This document shows positions 9,232 to 17,535 of a stretch of DNA of 64,000 bases, in pieces (within the stretch, counting starts at the first letter, position 1; every line of letters starts with the position of its first letter). Source of the DNA: Rickettsiales bacterium. Lineage in GTDB: Bacteria; Pseudomonadota; Alphaproteobacteria; Rickettsiales; UBA998. The DNA lies in the NCBI GenBank assembly GCA_028279475.1, contig JANQNR010000011.1, positions 4,082 to 68,081 on the forward strand. Direction: 5' to 3'. The position numbers and the translations under genes were made by a program. The notes under the pieces were generated by a model, which saw nothing but the letters and a program-made list of their open reading frames with translations, ran no database searches and was not told the DNA's origin.

Positions 9232-9523
9232 AGATCGCGAACTTGAAAACGAAAGATTAGATGAGTTTTTGTCCGATCTTACAGATGCAAGTAGGACGCA
9301 CGCTGAAGAAATGCAGGCGAAACGCGAGGATGTGCGCAGTTATGTTACCATGGGGATTGTTGTGCTCTACGCTGTCTGTATTGTTGCTTACGTCGCCACA
9401 GCCATGCTTGAATTGACATCATCCGCTAATTTGGAAACAGTTGTCACGTTTTTGCATTCTTTCCTACTGCCTATTATTACGTTAGTGCTTGGTTTTTACT
9501 TTGCCAGCGAACGAAACAATTAG
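9218..9523 (+). CDS. hypothetical membrane protein (101 aa: charged N-terminus plus 2 TM helices)
   Basis: Overlaps the previous ORF by 14 nt in the +1 frame. TM segments are GIVVLYAVCIVAYVATAML and FLLPIITLVLGFYF. Confidence 0.4.
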   Translation: MPPPEDRELENERLDEFLSDLTDASRTHAEEMQAKREDVRSYVTMGIVVLYAVCIVAYVATAMLELTSSANLETVVTFLHSFLLPIITLVLGFYFASERNN

Positions 9524-9531
9524 TTTTTACA

Positions 9532-10422
9532 ATGGCAACAGACAACCCGTTTGCTCAACCGGCACGTCTGTATGCATGGGACGTCACCGCGTCACAACTC
9601 AGCGAACACCTGCTGGACATCCTAGCTACCGATACGGATAAGGTGGCCATTGTGACCAGTGACACGACAGGTGTGCTGACTCTGTTCACCCCTTGCCCGC
9701 CCGGCACATCCGATATGACGGCCTACCTTGCTGCCGCCGAACTGGCAAGTGATACGACGTTGACTATTCAAAACGTAACACCGGTGGAATCACAAGACTG
9801 GGTCAGCCTTACCCAAGCCGCCATCCAACCCATGGTCATTGGGAATATCGTCATTATCGGCTCACACCATACGCCTAATGACGTGCCCCATGGCAAGACG
9901 CCAATTGTACTGGATGTAGGCGCGGCCTTCGGTACCGGGGAACATGCTACTACGTCCGGCTGCCTGCAAGCCATCGCGGCGGTGACCAAACGTCAACGCA
10001 TCCGACGCACTCTGGACATGGGCTGTGGTACCGCTATTTTGGGAATGGCAGTGACAAAACAGGCGCCTTGTCACGTATTGGCCGTAGATAATGATCCGGT
10101 CGCCGTTCGCGTAGCGCAAGCGAACATCCGGCGCAACGGATTGAGCTCGCATATAAAAACCTGCGTCTCTGAAGGATTTCGTGCTCCTATGATTGCATAT
10201 GAAATGCCCTACGATCTTATTATTGCGAACATTCTGGCACGTCCGGTACGGCGTATGCTGCCAGCAATTGCAAATCACTTACGCCCAGGTGGATATGCAA
10301 TCCTCTCTGGGTTTTATGTACGTGACATCCCGTTGATCTTAAGCGGTTGCAAAATGGCGGGACTACGCCTCATTGACACACGACGTGTACAGGGTTGGGC
10401 GACGCTTACCGTGCAACGTTGA
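9532..10422 (+). CDS. prmA: ribosomal protein L11 methyltransferase
   Basis: LDVGAAFGTGEHATTSGCL...LDMGCGTAILGMA...AVDNDPVAVRVAQANIRRNG are PrmA SAM-MTase motifs. Confidence 0.9.
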   Translation: MATDNPFAQPARLYAWDVTASQLSEHLLDILATDTDKVAIVTSDTTGVLTLFTPCPPGTSDMTAYLAAAELASDTTLTIQNVTPVESQDWVSLTQAAIQPMVIGNIVIIGSHHTPNDVPHGKTPIVLDVGAAFGTGEHATTSGCLQAIAAVTKRQRIRRTLDMGCGTAILGMAVTKQAPCHVLAVDNDPVAVRVAQANIRRNGLSSHIKTCVSEGFRAPMIAYEMPYDLIIANILARPVRRMLPAIANHLRPGGYAILSGFYVRDIPLILSGCKMAGLRLIDTRRVQGWATLTVQR

Positions 10423-11746
10423 TAGTCAGAATATCTTCGCCGTCAAATCCCTGGTCATGATGACCACTTTTCGCTTCCCAGACAAAGCTGTCAAAACTGC
10501 TGCAACGGCTGCAATGCGTCTCCCAGTGCGCCTGATGATGGCCGCATTGGCTGCAATGCCAGCTAGGATCCGGTTCTGCAGACTGCATACGCTTCAACCA
10601 GTTCGACGCCGCCTGTTCATCCTGCATCCCTTCCTCTTCCAGCTTCGCCAACAAACGAAATACTCGCATTTGCGGTGCTATCGCCAACGCCGCTTTTAAA
10701 TGGTTACGTGCAATATCCCACTGCTTCGCCGCCATCCCGGCTCGTGCCATCGCCAGGTGACTTTCCATATGATTTGGATGACGCTGTAATAGCACCGTCA
10801 CTCGTTTCAATGCCTTCTCCGGCTGGTCGTCGTCAAAATAATGCAGCAGAATATCGGTCAATTCGGCATGTGGTGCATACTTCCAGGACTTATAGATAGC
10901 CTGCAACGCCTGACGCTGCTTTCCAGCCTGATATAACTCGGCAATATGCTGATACGATGCAGGGAAGGTCGGATCAAGCGCAAAAGCGCGTTCCAGCAAT
11001 TTTGGCGAGGCTTCATCCGGTCTGACGGCATATTCTGCGTAATACACACGTGCCAGATAGTGACGTTGTTGCTTACGCGAAAACGTCCGGTGACGTCGCA
11101 CCTGACGAATCAACGCCTGTGCTTCTTCAAATGCTTCACTCTTAACCAGCAGCCCCAGATACCGGCACACGGTTTCTTCCAGATCGGGACGCAACTGATA
11201 CGCCTCTTTGGCATATTGCAGTGTCTTGGCGGCTTCCTGGTCCCGTTCGGCCAGCGAACTCAGCGAGTGATAGGCCAAAAACTCGGTCTGCGGCATGGTC
11301 GTCATGGTCTCCAGCGCCTGTACCATCGCCGTTTTATCACCGGTTTTGGAAGCCAGATGCGCACCCAACAAGACGTTCAGCGGCGCATCTTTACCCAGAA
11401 AACGCTGGCTGCGCTCCAGATGCTGCCCGGCACGGACATAGTCACGACAGGACAGCGCTGCCACCGCATGGGTAAGTGCATCCAACCCTTGCGACTGCTT
11501 TTTATAGATACGTTTCTGGCCGGATGCCGCCGCTCCATGCCAGAGTTTCAACCACATGCCGGTTAACGCCCATACGAACAGCATGAGCACGCCAAGCGCC
11601 GCCAGCACGACCCAGAATTCAGCCGTGATACGATACCCCATCCAGTCGATTTGCATTGTACCGGGATGGTCAGCCAGCCATAACCCGCCCGCCGCCGCCA
11701 ACGCCAGCAAGCATAATGCAAACAGCCATCGCAGAAGTAATACCAT
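10406..11746 (-). CDS. hemY: HemY-like TPR membrane protein with C-terminal zinc ribbon
   Basis: N-terminal HemY_N pattern (two TM helices, LWLADHPGTMQIDWMGYRI). TPR-like middle. C-terminal CSQCGHHQAHWETHCSRCSSF. Confidence 0.85.
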   Translation of the reverse strand: MVLLLRWLFALCLLALAAAGGLWLADHPGTMQIDWMGYRITAEFWVVLAALGVLMLFVWALTGMWLKLWHGAAASGQKRIYKKQSQGLDALTHAVAALSCRDYVRAGQHLERSQRFLGKDAPLNVLLGAHLASKTGDKTAMVQALETMTTMPQTEFLAYHSLSSLAERDQEAAKTLQYAKEAYQLRPDLEETVCRYLGLLVKSEAFEEAQALIRQVRRHRTFSRKQQRHYLARVYYAEYAVRPDEASPKLLERAFALDPTFPASYQHIAELYQAGKQRQALQAIYKSWKYAPHAELTDILLHYFDDDQPEKALKRVTVLLQRHPNHMESHLAMARAGMAAKQWDIARNHLKAALAIAPQMRVFRLLAKLEEEGMQDEQAASNWLKRMQSAEPDPSWHCSQCGHHQAHWETHCSRCSSFDSFVWEAKSGHHDQGFDGEDILTINVAR

Positions 11747-11751
11747 GGTCT

Positions 11752-12816
11752 CTACAATGCCCCAAACAGGTCACGTTCCAAAGAGCGCAGCAATTGCCGG
11801 GATTCGACGTGGGCATGTACCTTACGCATCCAATCATCAAAATGCGGTGTTGCACGAACACTCAGCCGTCGCACTTCATCCAGTGCCAGCTTCCATTGCC
11901 GCTTTTCCACCTGCACTTCCAACCGCGCCAGGATGGAACCGTCCGAATCATCGCGATGGCTGTCACCTACCTTACGCACGGTCACCAGTGTTCCAAGCCA
12001 GTTGCGCAATGCTTCACCGGTATCCTGCGATGTCTTCTGCCCTGTCCCCCGGTAAAAGCGAGCGAGTTCCCGACGAAATTCCAGCGCTAATGCTTCTTGC
12101 GAGATAACTCCCTGCTTCTCATACGTCTCGAACCAGCGTAGCTTCCCTTTCAACGTATCCGATAATAAGGCAGATTCCAGCAACCCGTGCAACTCCGTGC
12201 GATAGGGCTGTGCCATTAACACTTGCTGCTTGAACAGGGCGAATAACTGCAACACGCCGCGTTCTTTGGTAGTCTGTTCCTGCGTTTCTTCGAGTGCCTG
12301 ACGTAACGCCTGTACCTCCATCTCCAACCGGTCGATGCGCTCGTGCAGTGCCTCATCATTTTTCTGTGTGTCCGTTATCTGCGAGACGGGAGGCGTCGAG
12401 TCCGGTTCACGAACGGTAGGCTTAGATAACTCTGGTTCTGACTCGACTTCCGGCATGACATCCCATGGCATGTCGATCGCGTCCGATGCAGGTGGTTCCA
12501 ACACTTCTTCCGTCTCATCACTGGGCGTTCTGTCAGGTTGTGGCGCTTCCTCGACCACTTCTGGTACGCTCTCTGGCACCGGTTCTTCAGCGGGGATTTG
12601 AGCCGTATCAGATAGCGGCATTTCCGGCATGGTTGCCACAGGCTTGGTCGTCACCTGTGTTACCTGCCGATATTGCCCCACCAGAAAAATAGCGCCGGCA
12701 CACAGCAGCACTACCACAAATGCCAGTAGCGACTTCGCCCGACGGCGCGAACCTTTATCAGATACATCGGATACATCTGCATCAATGATAGTCTCTTCTT
12801 TCTGTGAACGACTCAC
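11752..12816 (-). CDS. alphaproteobacterial Mic60/mitofilin-like membrane protein (HemX position)
   Basis: Architecture: N-terminal TM helix (LLAFVVVLLCAGAIFLV), acidic/Pro-rich linker, coiled coil, then a C-terminal mitofilin-like segment (ILARLEVQVEKRQWKLALDEVRRL...DDWMRKVHAHVESRQLLRSLERDLF). Lies between hemD and hemY. I chose the GTG at 12816, which has a GGGGAAG RBS. The ORF extends to 12927 but would then overlap hemD. Confidence 0.7.
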   Translation of the reverse strand: MSRSQKEETIIDADVSDVSDKGSRRRAKSLLAFVVVLLCAGAIFLVGQYRQVTQVTTKPVATMPEMPLSDTAQIPAEEPVPESVPEVVEEAPQPDRTPSDETEEVLEPPASDAIDMPWDVMPEVESEPELSKPTVREPDSTPPVSQITDTQKNDEALHERIDRLEMEVQALRQALEETQEQTTKERGVLQLFALFKQQVLMAQPYRTELHGLLESALLSDTLKGKLRWFETYEKQGVISQEALALEFRRELARFYRGTGQKTSQDTGEALRNWLGTLVTVRKVGDSHRDDSDGSILARLEVQVEKRQWKLALDEVRRLSVRATPHFDDWMRKVHAHVESRQLLRSLERDLFGAL

Positions 12817-12842
12817 GCTTCCCCCTGCTGTTCTTTCCTGTT

Positions 12843-13562
12843 CTAACGGGAATCTGCTGTACTGGCAAGCGTGCAGGCAAGCATATCTTCGAGCGCAGGT
12901 GATGGGCTTACCATTACGCCTTTCCACTGATCCGACGGCAGTGCCAACGCGACGGCTTCACTGATGCAAATCGCATGAACCGTGGATACAGGAAGCGCTG
13001 CCGCTTCGCATAGCGCCATAAAGCTGCGGGCGGTATGGACGGAATAGCACCACACCGCATCCACCTCGCCTTTCTGTAAAGCCTGATGTGCATCCGGGCG
13101 CAACGACCTGGCAGGTAATGCGTGATATATTTCCTTCCCGGTAATGGTGATGCCGCGTGCTTGCAACATTGACACGATATCCGATGTGATGGGGTTCCCA
13201 TGCGCATAGACATATCGTTGCGCCGGATCGTCGATCATTGGTAGCAGGCTTTCCACATTCCCCGCCCCGCAAGCGACTTGCTGAAATCCCTGCTCACGAG
13301 CGATAGTGGCCAGCCGCTCGCCGGTGAATAATAATGGTGTGTCTTTTGGCAGGCAATGTTGTGCCAATAATGACAACGCACATTGGCTGGTGACAATGAC
13401 CGTATCCGCCTGCTGTGCAATCGCGGCAATCATCGCTCCGGCGTCCAGTGAGGCCACCAGTTCAATCGCCGGAGATAGCAGCACATGATAGCCCTGTGCC
13501 CGCAATGCGGCAGCGGTGTCTTCTCCCTGTGGGAGTGGGCGTGTGATGAGAATGGTCTGCAC
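12843..13562 (-). CDS. hemD: uroporphyrinogen-III synthase
   Basis: VQTILITRPLPQGEDTAAALRAQGYHVLLSPAIEL...TVIVTSQCA is the HEM4 pattern. GTG at 13562 gives about 239 aa. The ORF extends to a TTG at 13652. Confidence 0.85.
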   Translation of the reverse strand: MQTILITRPLPQGEDTAAALRAQGYHVLLSPAIELVASLDAGAMIAAIAQQADTVIVTSQCALSLLAQHCLPKDTPLLFTGERLATIAREQGFQQVACGAGNVESLLPMIDDPAQRYVYAHGNPITSDIVSMLQARGITITGKEIYHALPARSLRPDAHQALQKGEVDAVWCYSVHTARSFMALCEAAALPVSTVHAICISEAVALALPSDQWKGVMVSPSPALEDMLACTLASTADSR

Positions 13563-13655
13563 CGATGCAGTATGGCAGAAATTCAGAAAATAGCGCAAAA
13601 AAAATCGCCCAACCACAAGGGAAAGGCGATGATTCACTAGATGGGATGCCAAGGT

Positions 13656-14063
13656 TCACTTGAGTAAAATACCCACATCCTCCTCTTTGAGAAAAAAAGG
13701 GCTTTTTCCATCATCATATCTTACAATGCGTGGAAACAATCCCTTTTTCCCAAGAAGAGAAAAAAGCACTGCCTCCGGAATGCCTCTCTCCCCTGCCGGT
13801 ATATTAGCACTGGATACAATATATGGAAAATAGCCCTTGCCAACAAAGTGGGTTGGGAACCTCAAACATGAGAACTTCTTCCATTCAATAAAACTTGGAA
13901 GAAAAGTGTATTGTATCCTGTTATTCCTCATAGTCCTTGCCAGAACAGGGTTTTGATCCTCCGTTGCTAACAGAACTAATCTGGAGACCGCGGGATATTC
14001 ACCTCCACGCACGGGAATATAAAACAGCTGGTGAGTTGCCAAAAGAGCCACCTCAATGAACAT
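13656..14063 (-). CDS. hypothetical protein (135 aa), AT-rich ORFan
   Basis: ORF only. No family recognised. Its base composition is clearly lower in GC than its neighbours. Confidence 0.45.
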   Translation of the reverse strand: MFIEVALLATHQLFYIPVRGGEYPAVSRLVLLATEDQNPVLARTMRNNRIQYTFLPSFIEWKKFSCLRFPTHFVGKGYFPYIVSSANIPAGERGIPEAVLFSLLGKKGLFPRIVRYDDGKSPFFLKEEDVGILLK

Positions 14064-14203
14064 CAGTCAGGTCTAACCAAACTATAGATCAGGCGCGAGC
14101 GCCTGTAGGTTGGATAAAGCCCAACTGAATTTTATAGCAAATAGTTTAGATCATATTTGTTACGGCCTGATGACAGGCTAGCACTTTTGTATGTGCCTCA
14201 CGA

Positions 14204-14260
14204 TTGTCATGCCGTCGAATGACGGCATCCGGCCAGACCCCGGCATTCGCCGGGGTGACA
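14204..14260. repeat. double-hairpin MITE-like repeat, family C, copy 1
   Basis: TTGTCATGCCGTCGAATGACGGCATCCGGCCAGACCCCGGCATTCGCCGGGGTGACA. A near-identical copy lies in reverse orientation at 30975-31032. Sits just downstream of the flgH stop and may act as a terminator. Confidence 0.75.
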
Positions 14261-14267
14261 CGTTTAA

Positions 14268-15023
14268 TCAGAACGGCGACACGGCGTCAATCACCTGATG
14301 TCCCCAGCGCGGCTGCTGAACATCCATGATCTGCCCGCGCCCGCCATACACAATCCGTGCCTCGGCAATTTGCGTGGAGTCAATCATATTGGACGAATCA
14401 ATATCTTCCGGGCGAATAATCCCGCTGACCGCAACCTCACGCACCTCAAAATTCACCCGGATTTCCTGCGACCCCTGAATGACGAAATTCCCATTCGGCA
14501 GCACCTGCGTAATCACCGCGGCGATTTTGGTTTCAATCTGCTCTTCACGCTCAATCGTCCCTTCCCCGGTGTTCGTCGTCGATCCGGTAATATCAAAGAG
14601 GCTGTTAGGGTCCGGCGTACCTGGCGTTAGCGTACCATACAAGGTTTCCAGACCGTAAATATTCGGTGCACCAACATTTTCGGCGGAATTACGCGTGCGT
14701 TCCGTTTCGCTTTCCAGCTCAGCGCGGTCATTGATCTGGATATTGACCGTCAACACATCGCCGACACGCGAAGCACGCTGATCGCGGAAGAAGGCGCGCG
14801 CACCCGGCTGCCACAGTGAATTGGCATAACGTTGCGTCGGCGGTGTCGGTTCCGGCAATGGCCAGGACATCGGCTGATATTCCGGCTTTGCCCGTGGGTT
14901 TTCGGTTGGCGTCAGTGGCGGCTCCTGCCCCACCTGCTCCAGCCGGTTGAGCGTCGACGCACAGCCGGACAGCCAAATCGAAGCCATGATGCATATGCTA
15001 TATTTTAGCCATACTGCTTTCAT
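14268..15023 (-). CDS. flgH: flagellar L-ring lipoprotein
   Basis: Lipobox WLSGC. SLWQPGARAFFRDQRASRVGDVLTVNI...VLPNGNFVIQGSQEIRVNFEVREVAVSGIIRPEDI. Confidence 0.95.
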   Translation of the reverse strand: MKAVWLKYSICIMASIWLSGCASTLNRLEQVGQEPPLTPTENPRAKPEYQPMSWPLPEPTPPTQRYANSLWQPGARAFFRDQRASRVGDVLTVNIQINDRAELESETERTRNSAENVGAPNIYGLETLYGTLTPGTPDPNSLFDITGSTTNTGEGTIEREEQIETKIAAVITQVLPNGNFVIQGSQEIRVNFEVREVAVSGIIRPEDIDSSNMIDSTQIAEARIVYGGRGQIMDVQQPRWGHQVIDAVSPF

Positions 15024-15910
15024 CGTGACCCCACCCCTGCGCGTACTTCATCGCTCGACATGATACGGGCATGTACCACTTTCTTACTATCAAGGTTACG
15101 GATACGAATCACATCGCCAATGCCGCCTTCTTCCAGCGCTTCCCCTACGGTACTGATCTGCATGAACGGTGTATGATAACGCATATGCACCGTTGCACCC
15201 GCCTCCATCACTTTCGGTGAGACCAGTTCGGAACTACGCAATGGGCGATTGCTGGAAATGGTGCGCTGTGGCGTTTTGCCGATCAACTGATTGATGTCCG
15301 TCACGGTGGTCTTGCGTACCTTCGTCACCGGAAACAGACGCATCTCCACATCCTGTTCGGTAATGACCTGCCCATTCTTCAGGCGACGCTTGAGTACCGG
15401 TAACGGCTTTTGCGGTTCGTAACGCCCGGCAATCGGCTGTGCGGTCACCACCTCCTCATTCTTGACAATCACCATATTCGCCGACCAGGATTTGCTTTGC
15501 TCCTGATGCGTGAGCGTCGTTAGTTCCACTTCCACCGGCTGGTGGTCAGCATAGAGGAGTGGCTTACGGGTGCTGGTGACCGTCGCCCGGATATGCTCGG
15601 CATTGGCAATTTGCGCATCGGTCAGTGCTTGCGACACGGCGCTTTCCACATCTTCCAGCATTAATTGGAAAGGCGGCAATGGTTGTTCTGTTTTCGCCGC
15701 ATGGGTTGGGAGCGCGACAATAGATAGCAAGAACAAACAAAGCAGAAAAACGCCGTCATTCCGGGCGAAGCGATAGCGAAGACCCGGAATCCATCTATCA
15801 ACATGCAAGAACCATGATGGATTCCGGATCGCGCCTACGGCTTGTCCAGAATGACGATTGCGATGGCTATATAGTATTTTTTTCAACATATACGTTCTTT
15901 TATCTTTCAC
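15020..15910 (-). CDS. flgA: flagellar basal-body P-ring formation chaperone
   Basis: C-terminal SAF/FlgA pattern: VSPKVMEAGATVHMRYHTPFMQISTVGEALEEGGIGDVIRIRNLDSKKVVHARI. The N-terminal region contains a repeat element, so the start is uncertain (GTG 15910, ATG 15889, or an internal TTG). Confidence 0.85.
   Translation of the reverse strand: MKDKRTYMLKKILYSHRNRHSGQAVGAIRNPSWFLHVDRWIPGLRYRFARNDGVFLLCLFLLSIVALPTHAAKTEQPLPPFQLMLEDVESAVSQALTDAQIANAEHIRATVTSTRKPLLYADHQPVEVELTTLTHQEQSKSWSANMVIVKNEEVVTAQPIAGRYEPQKPLPVLKRRLKNGQVITEQDVEMRLFPVTKVRKTTVTDINQLIGKTPQRTISSNRPLRSSELVSPKVMEAGATVHMRYHTPFMQISTVGEALEEGGIGDVIRIRNLDSKKVVHARIMSSDEVRAGVGSR
15752..15856. mobile_element. MITE-like palindromic element, family A, inserted in frame (105 nt) in the flgA 5' coding region
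   Basis: Terminal inverted repeats CGTCATTCCGGGCGAAGC and GCTTGTCCAGAATGACG. Inner inverted repeat CCCGGAATCCATC / GATGGATTCCGGA. Related ends occur at 33912-34160 and 30835-30860. Confidence 0.8.
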
Positions 15911-15916
15911 CTAACC

Positions 15917-16702
15917 CTACGCCGACTGGTTCAACGCCTGCAACATTTCATCCGAGGCGGTAATCACCTTGGAATTCATTTCATAGGCACGCTGCGCGAC
16001 AATCAGGTTGGTGATTTCCGTTACCGGATTGACATTAGAGGTCTCCAGATAGCCCTGAAGAATCACACCAAACCCTTCTTCACCACCAAATCCCTGAATC
16101 GGATCACCAGACGCCGCCGTTTCCAGAAACAGATTATCGCCGATCGCTTCCAGCCCAGGCTCATTGATAAACGTTGCCAGTTCCAACTGCCCCAGATTCG
16201 CCGGGTCAATCTGTCCGTCAATTTCCACTTCCACTTCACCGCTTTGGTTGACACTGATGCCGACTGCATCATCGGGCACTGTAATCCCCGGTGCCACCAG
16301 AAACCCATCCGCTGTCACAACTTCTCCATCCGGACTCAGCTGCAACGCACCATTACGCGTATATGCTTGATCGCCGTTTGGCAATTCCACGATCATGAAC
16401 CCACGGCCATTCACCGCTAGATCCAGCGCATTATCGGTTAGCTCCAGCGTACCCTGCGCCATGGAACGATAAGTCGCTCCGGTTTTCACCCCCAAACCGA
16501 TCTGAATCCCTGTCGGCACGATCGTTCCGGCATCGGTCGAGTTCGTTCCTACCCGGCGCAGGTTCTCATAGATCAAATCCTGAAATTCCGGGCGCTGGCG
16601 CTTATACGACGTGGTCGTCATATTGGCCAGGTTATGCGAGATCACATCGACATAGGTCTGCTGTGCTTGCATGCCGGTCGCGGCGATATTTAATGATCTC
16701 AT
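15917..16702 (-). CDS. flgG: flagellar basal-body rod protein FlgG
   Basis: MRSLNIAATGMQAQQTYVDVISHNLANMTTTSYKRQR...VNPVTEITNLIVAQRAYEMNSKVI. Confidence 0.95.
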   Translation of the reverse strand: MRSLNIAATGMQAQQTYVDVISHNLANMTTTSYKRQRPEFQDLIYENLRRVGTNSTDAGTIVPTGIQIGLGVKTGATYRSMAQGTLELTDNALDLAVNGRGFMIVELPNGDQAYTRNGALQLSPDGEVVTADGFLVAPGITVPDDAVGISVNQSGEVEVEIDGQIDPANLGQLELATFINEPGLEAIGDNLFLETAASGDPIQGFGGEEGFGVILQGYLETSNVNPVTEITNLIVAQRAYEMNSKVITASDEMLQALNQSA

Positions 16703-16728
16703 GAGTCAATCTCCTCTGTTATCTTCTC

Positions 16729-17454
16729 TTATTGTTCCTTGGCGTAGACATTATGAGCCCGGCGTTGCAGATCATACATCACTTCGATGAACTTGGCCGA
16801 AGAACTAACGCTACGCGATAATTTCGTCATGCTGACAATCTCATGGACGGCGGACACGTTGGAATCTTCCACCACCCCATGCAGCATCCGGGAATTGACC
16901 GGCGGCAACGGCACCTGATCCATTGCCGTGAACATGGAGGCACCCAACTGCTCCATCTCCTGACGATTAGCGAATTCTACCATACCGACTACAGCGCGTT
17001 CCTCACCATTGACCATCAGTAACCCGTTTTCACCGACGCTGATATTTTGATCATCTGGGTTCATCTGAATACGCTGGCCACCTTCGTCTAGCACCGGCAC
17101 TCCATCATGGGTGACGATAAACCCCTGCCCGTCAAGCTGAAAACTACCGTTGCGCGTATAGGCCTGCTGCCCGTTCGGCAGCTCCAACATGAAATAGCCC
17201 GGCCCGGAAATCGCCATATCCAGCGGATTGCCAGTCACGCGCATCGGCCCTGGCTTTTCATCATGATACGTAGCGATGTCCTGCGCGAATGCCATATCAT
17301 TGCGGTTGCCGTCATCGACGATATAATCGTTAAACAGCATTTTCTCCGCCTGAAACCCGGAGGTGTTCACATTGGCGATGTTGTTCGCCACCGTATCCAT
17401 ATGGCGAAACGCTGCCATTTGTTTTGAAAGCACGATGTAGACACTATTATCCAT
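16729..17454 (-). CDS. flgF: flagellar basal-body rod protein FlgF
   Basis: ATG at 17454 with an AGGAGAA RBS. MDNSVYIVLSKQMAAFRHMDTVANNIANVNTSGFQAEK... Confidence 0.9.
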   Translation of the reverse strand: MDNSVYIVLSKQMAAFRHMDTVANNIANVNTSGFQAEKMLFNDYIVDDGNRNDMAFAQDIATYHDEKPGPMRVTGNPLDMAISGPGYFMLELPNGQQAYTRNGSFQLDGQGFIVTHDGVPVLDEGGQRIQMNPDDQNISVGENGLLMVNGEERAVVGMVEFANRQEMEQLGASMFTAMDQVPLPPVNSRMLHGVVEDSNVSAVHEIVSMTKLSRSVSSSAKFIEVMYDLQRRAHNVYAKEQ

Positions 17455-17490
17455 AATTCTCCTGCATGTAACTGCGTTTACCATGAATGA

Positions 17491-17506
17491 TGCATATTCC
17501 GTGCCA
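17491..17506 (-). promoter_or_regulatory. sigma54 (-24/-12) promoter for flgFG-flgA-flgH
   Basis: The minus strand reads TGGCACGGAATATGCA, against the consensus TGGCAC-N5-TTGCA. It lies 37-52 nt upstream of the flgF ATG. Confidence 0.6.
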
Positions 17507-17535
17507 TTTATACTCGTTTTCCTTTAAAATTCCCT

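Noticed and set aside
12817-12927. The longer N-terminus of the Mic60-like ORF (start at 12927), and the longer hemD start at 13652 (TTG).
   Set aside because: The long Mic60 form would overlap hemD by 85 nt and encodes a Cys/Arg-rich non-conserved peptide, whereas the GTG at 12816 has a GGGGAAG RBS. For hemD the extra 30 residues (MASHLVNHRLSLVVGRFFLRYFLNF...) precede the conserved ILITRP start. Both choices remain uncertain.
14204-14260. A CRISPR array or other regularly spaced repeat array formed by the recurring hairpin repeats.
   Set aside because: The copies are dispersed kilobases apart in both orientations, with no constant repeat-spacer periodicity. No cas genes are present.
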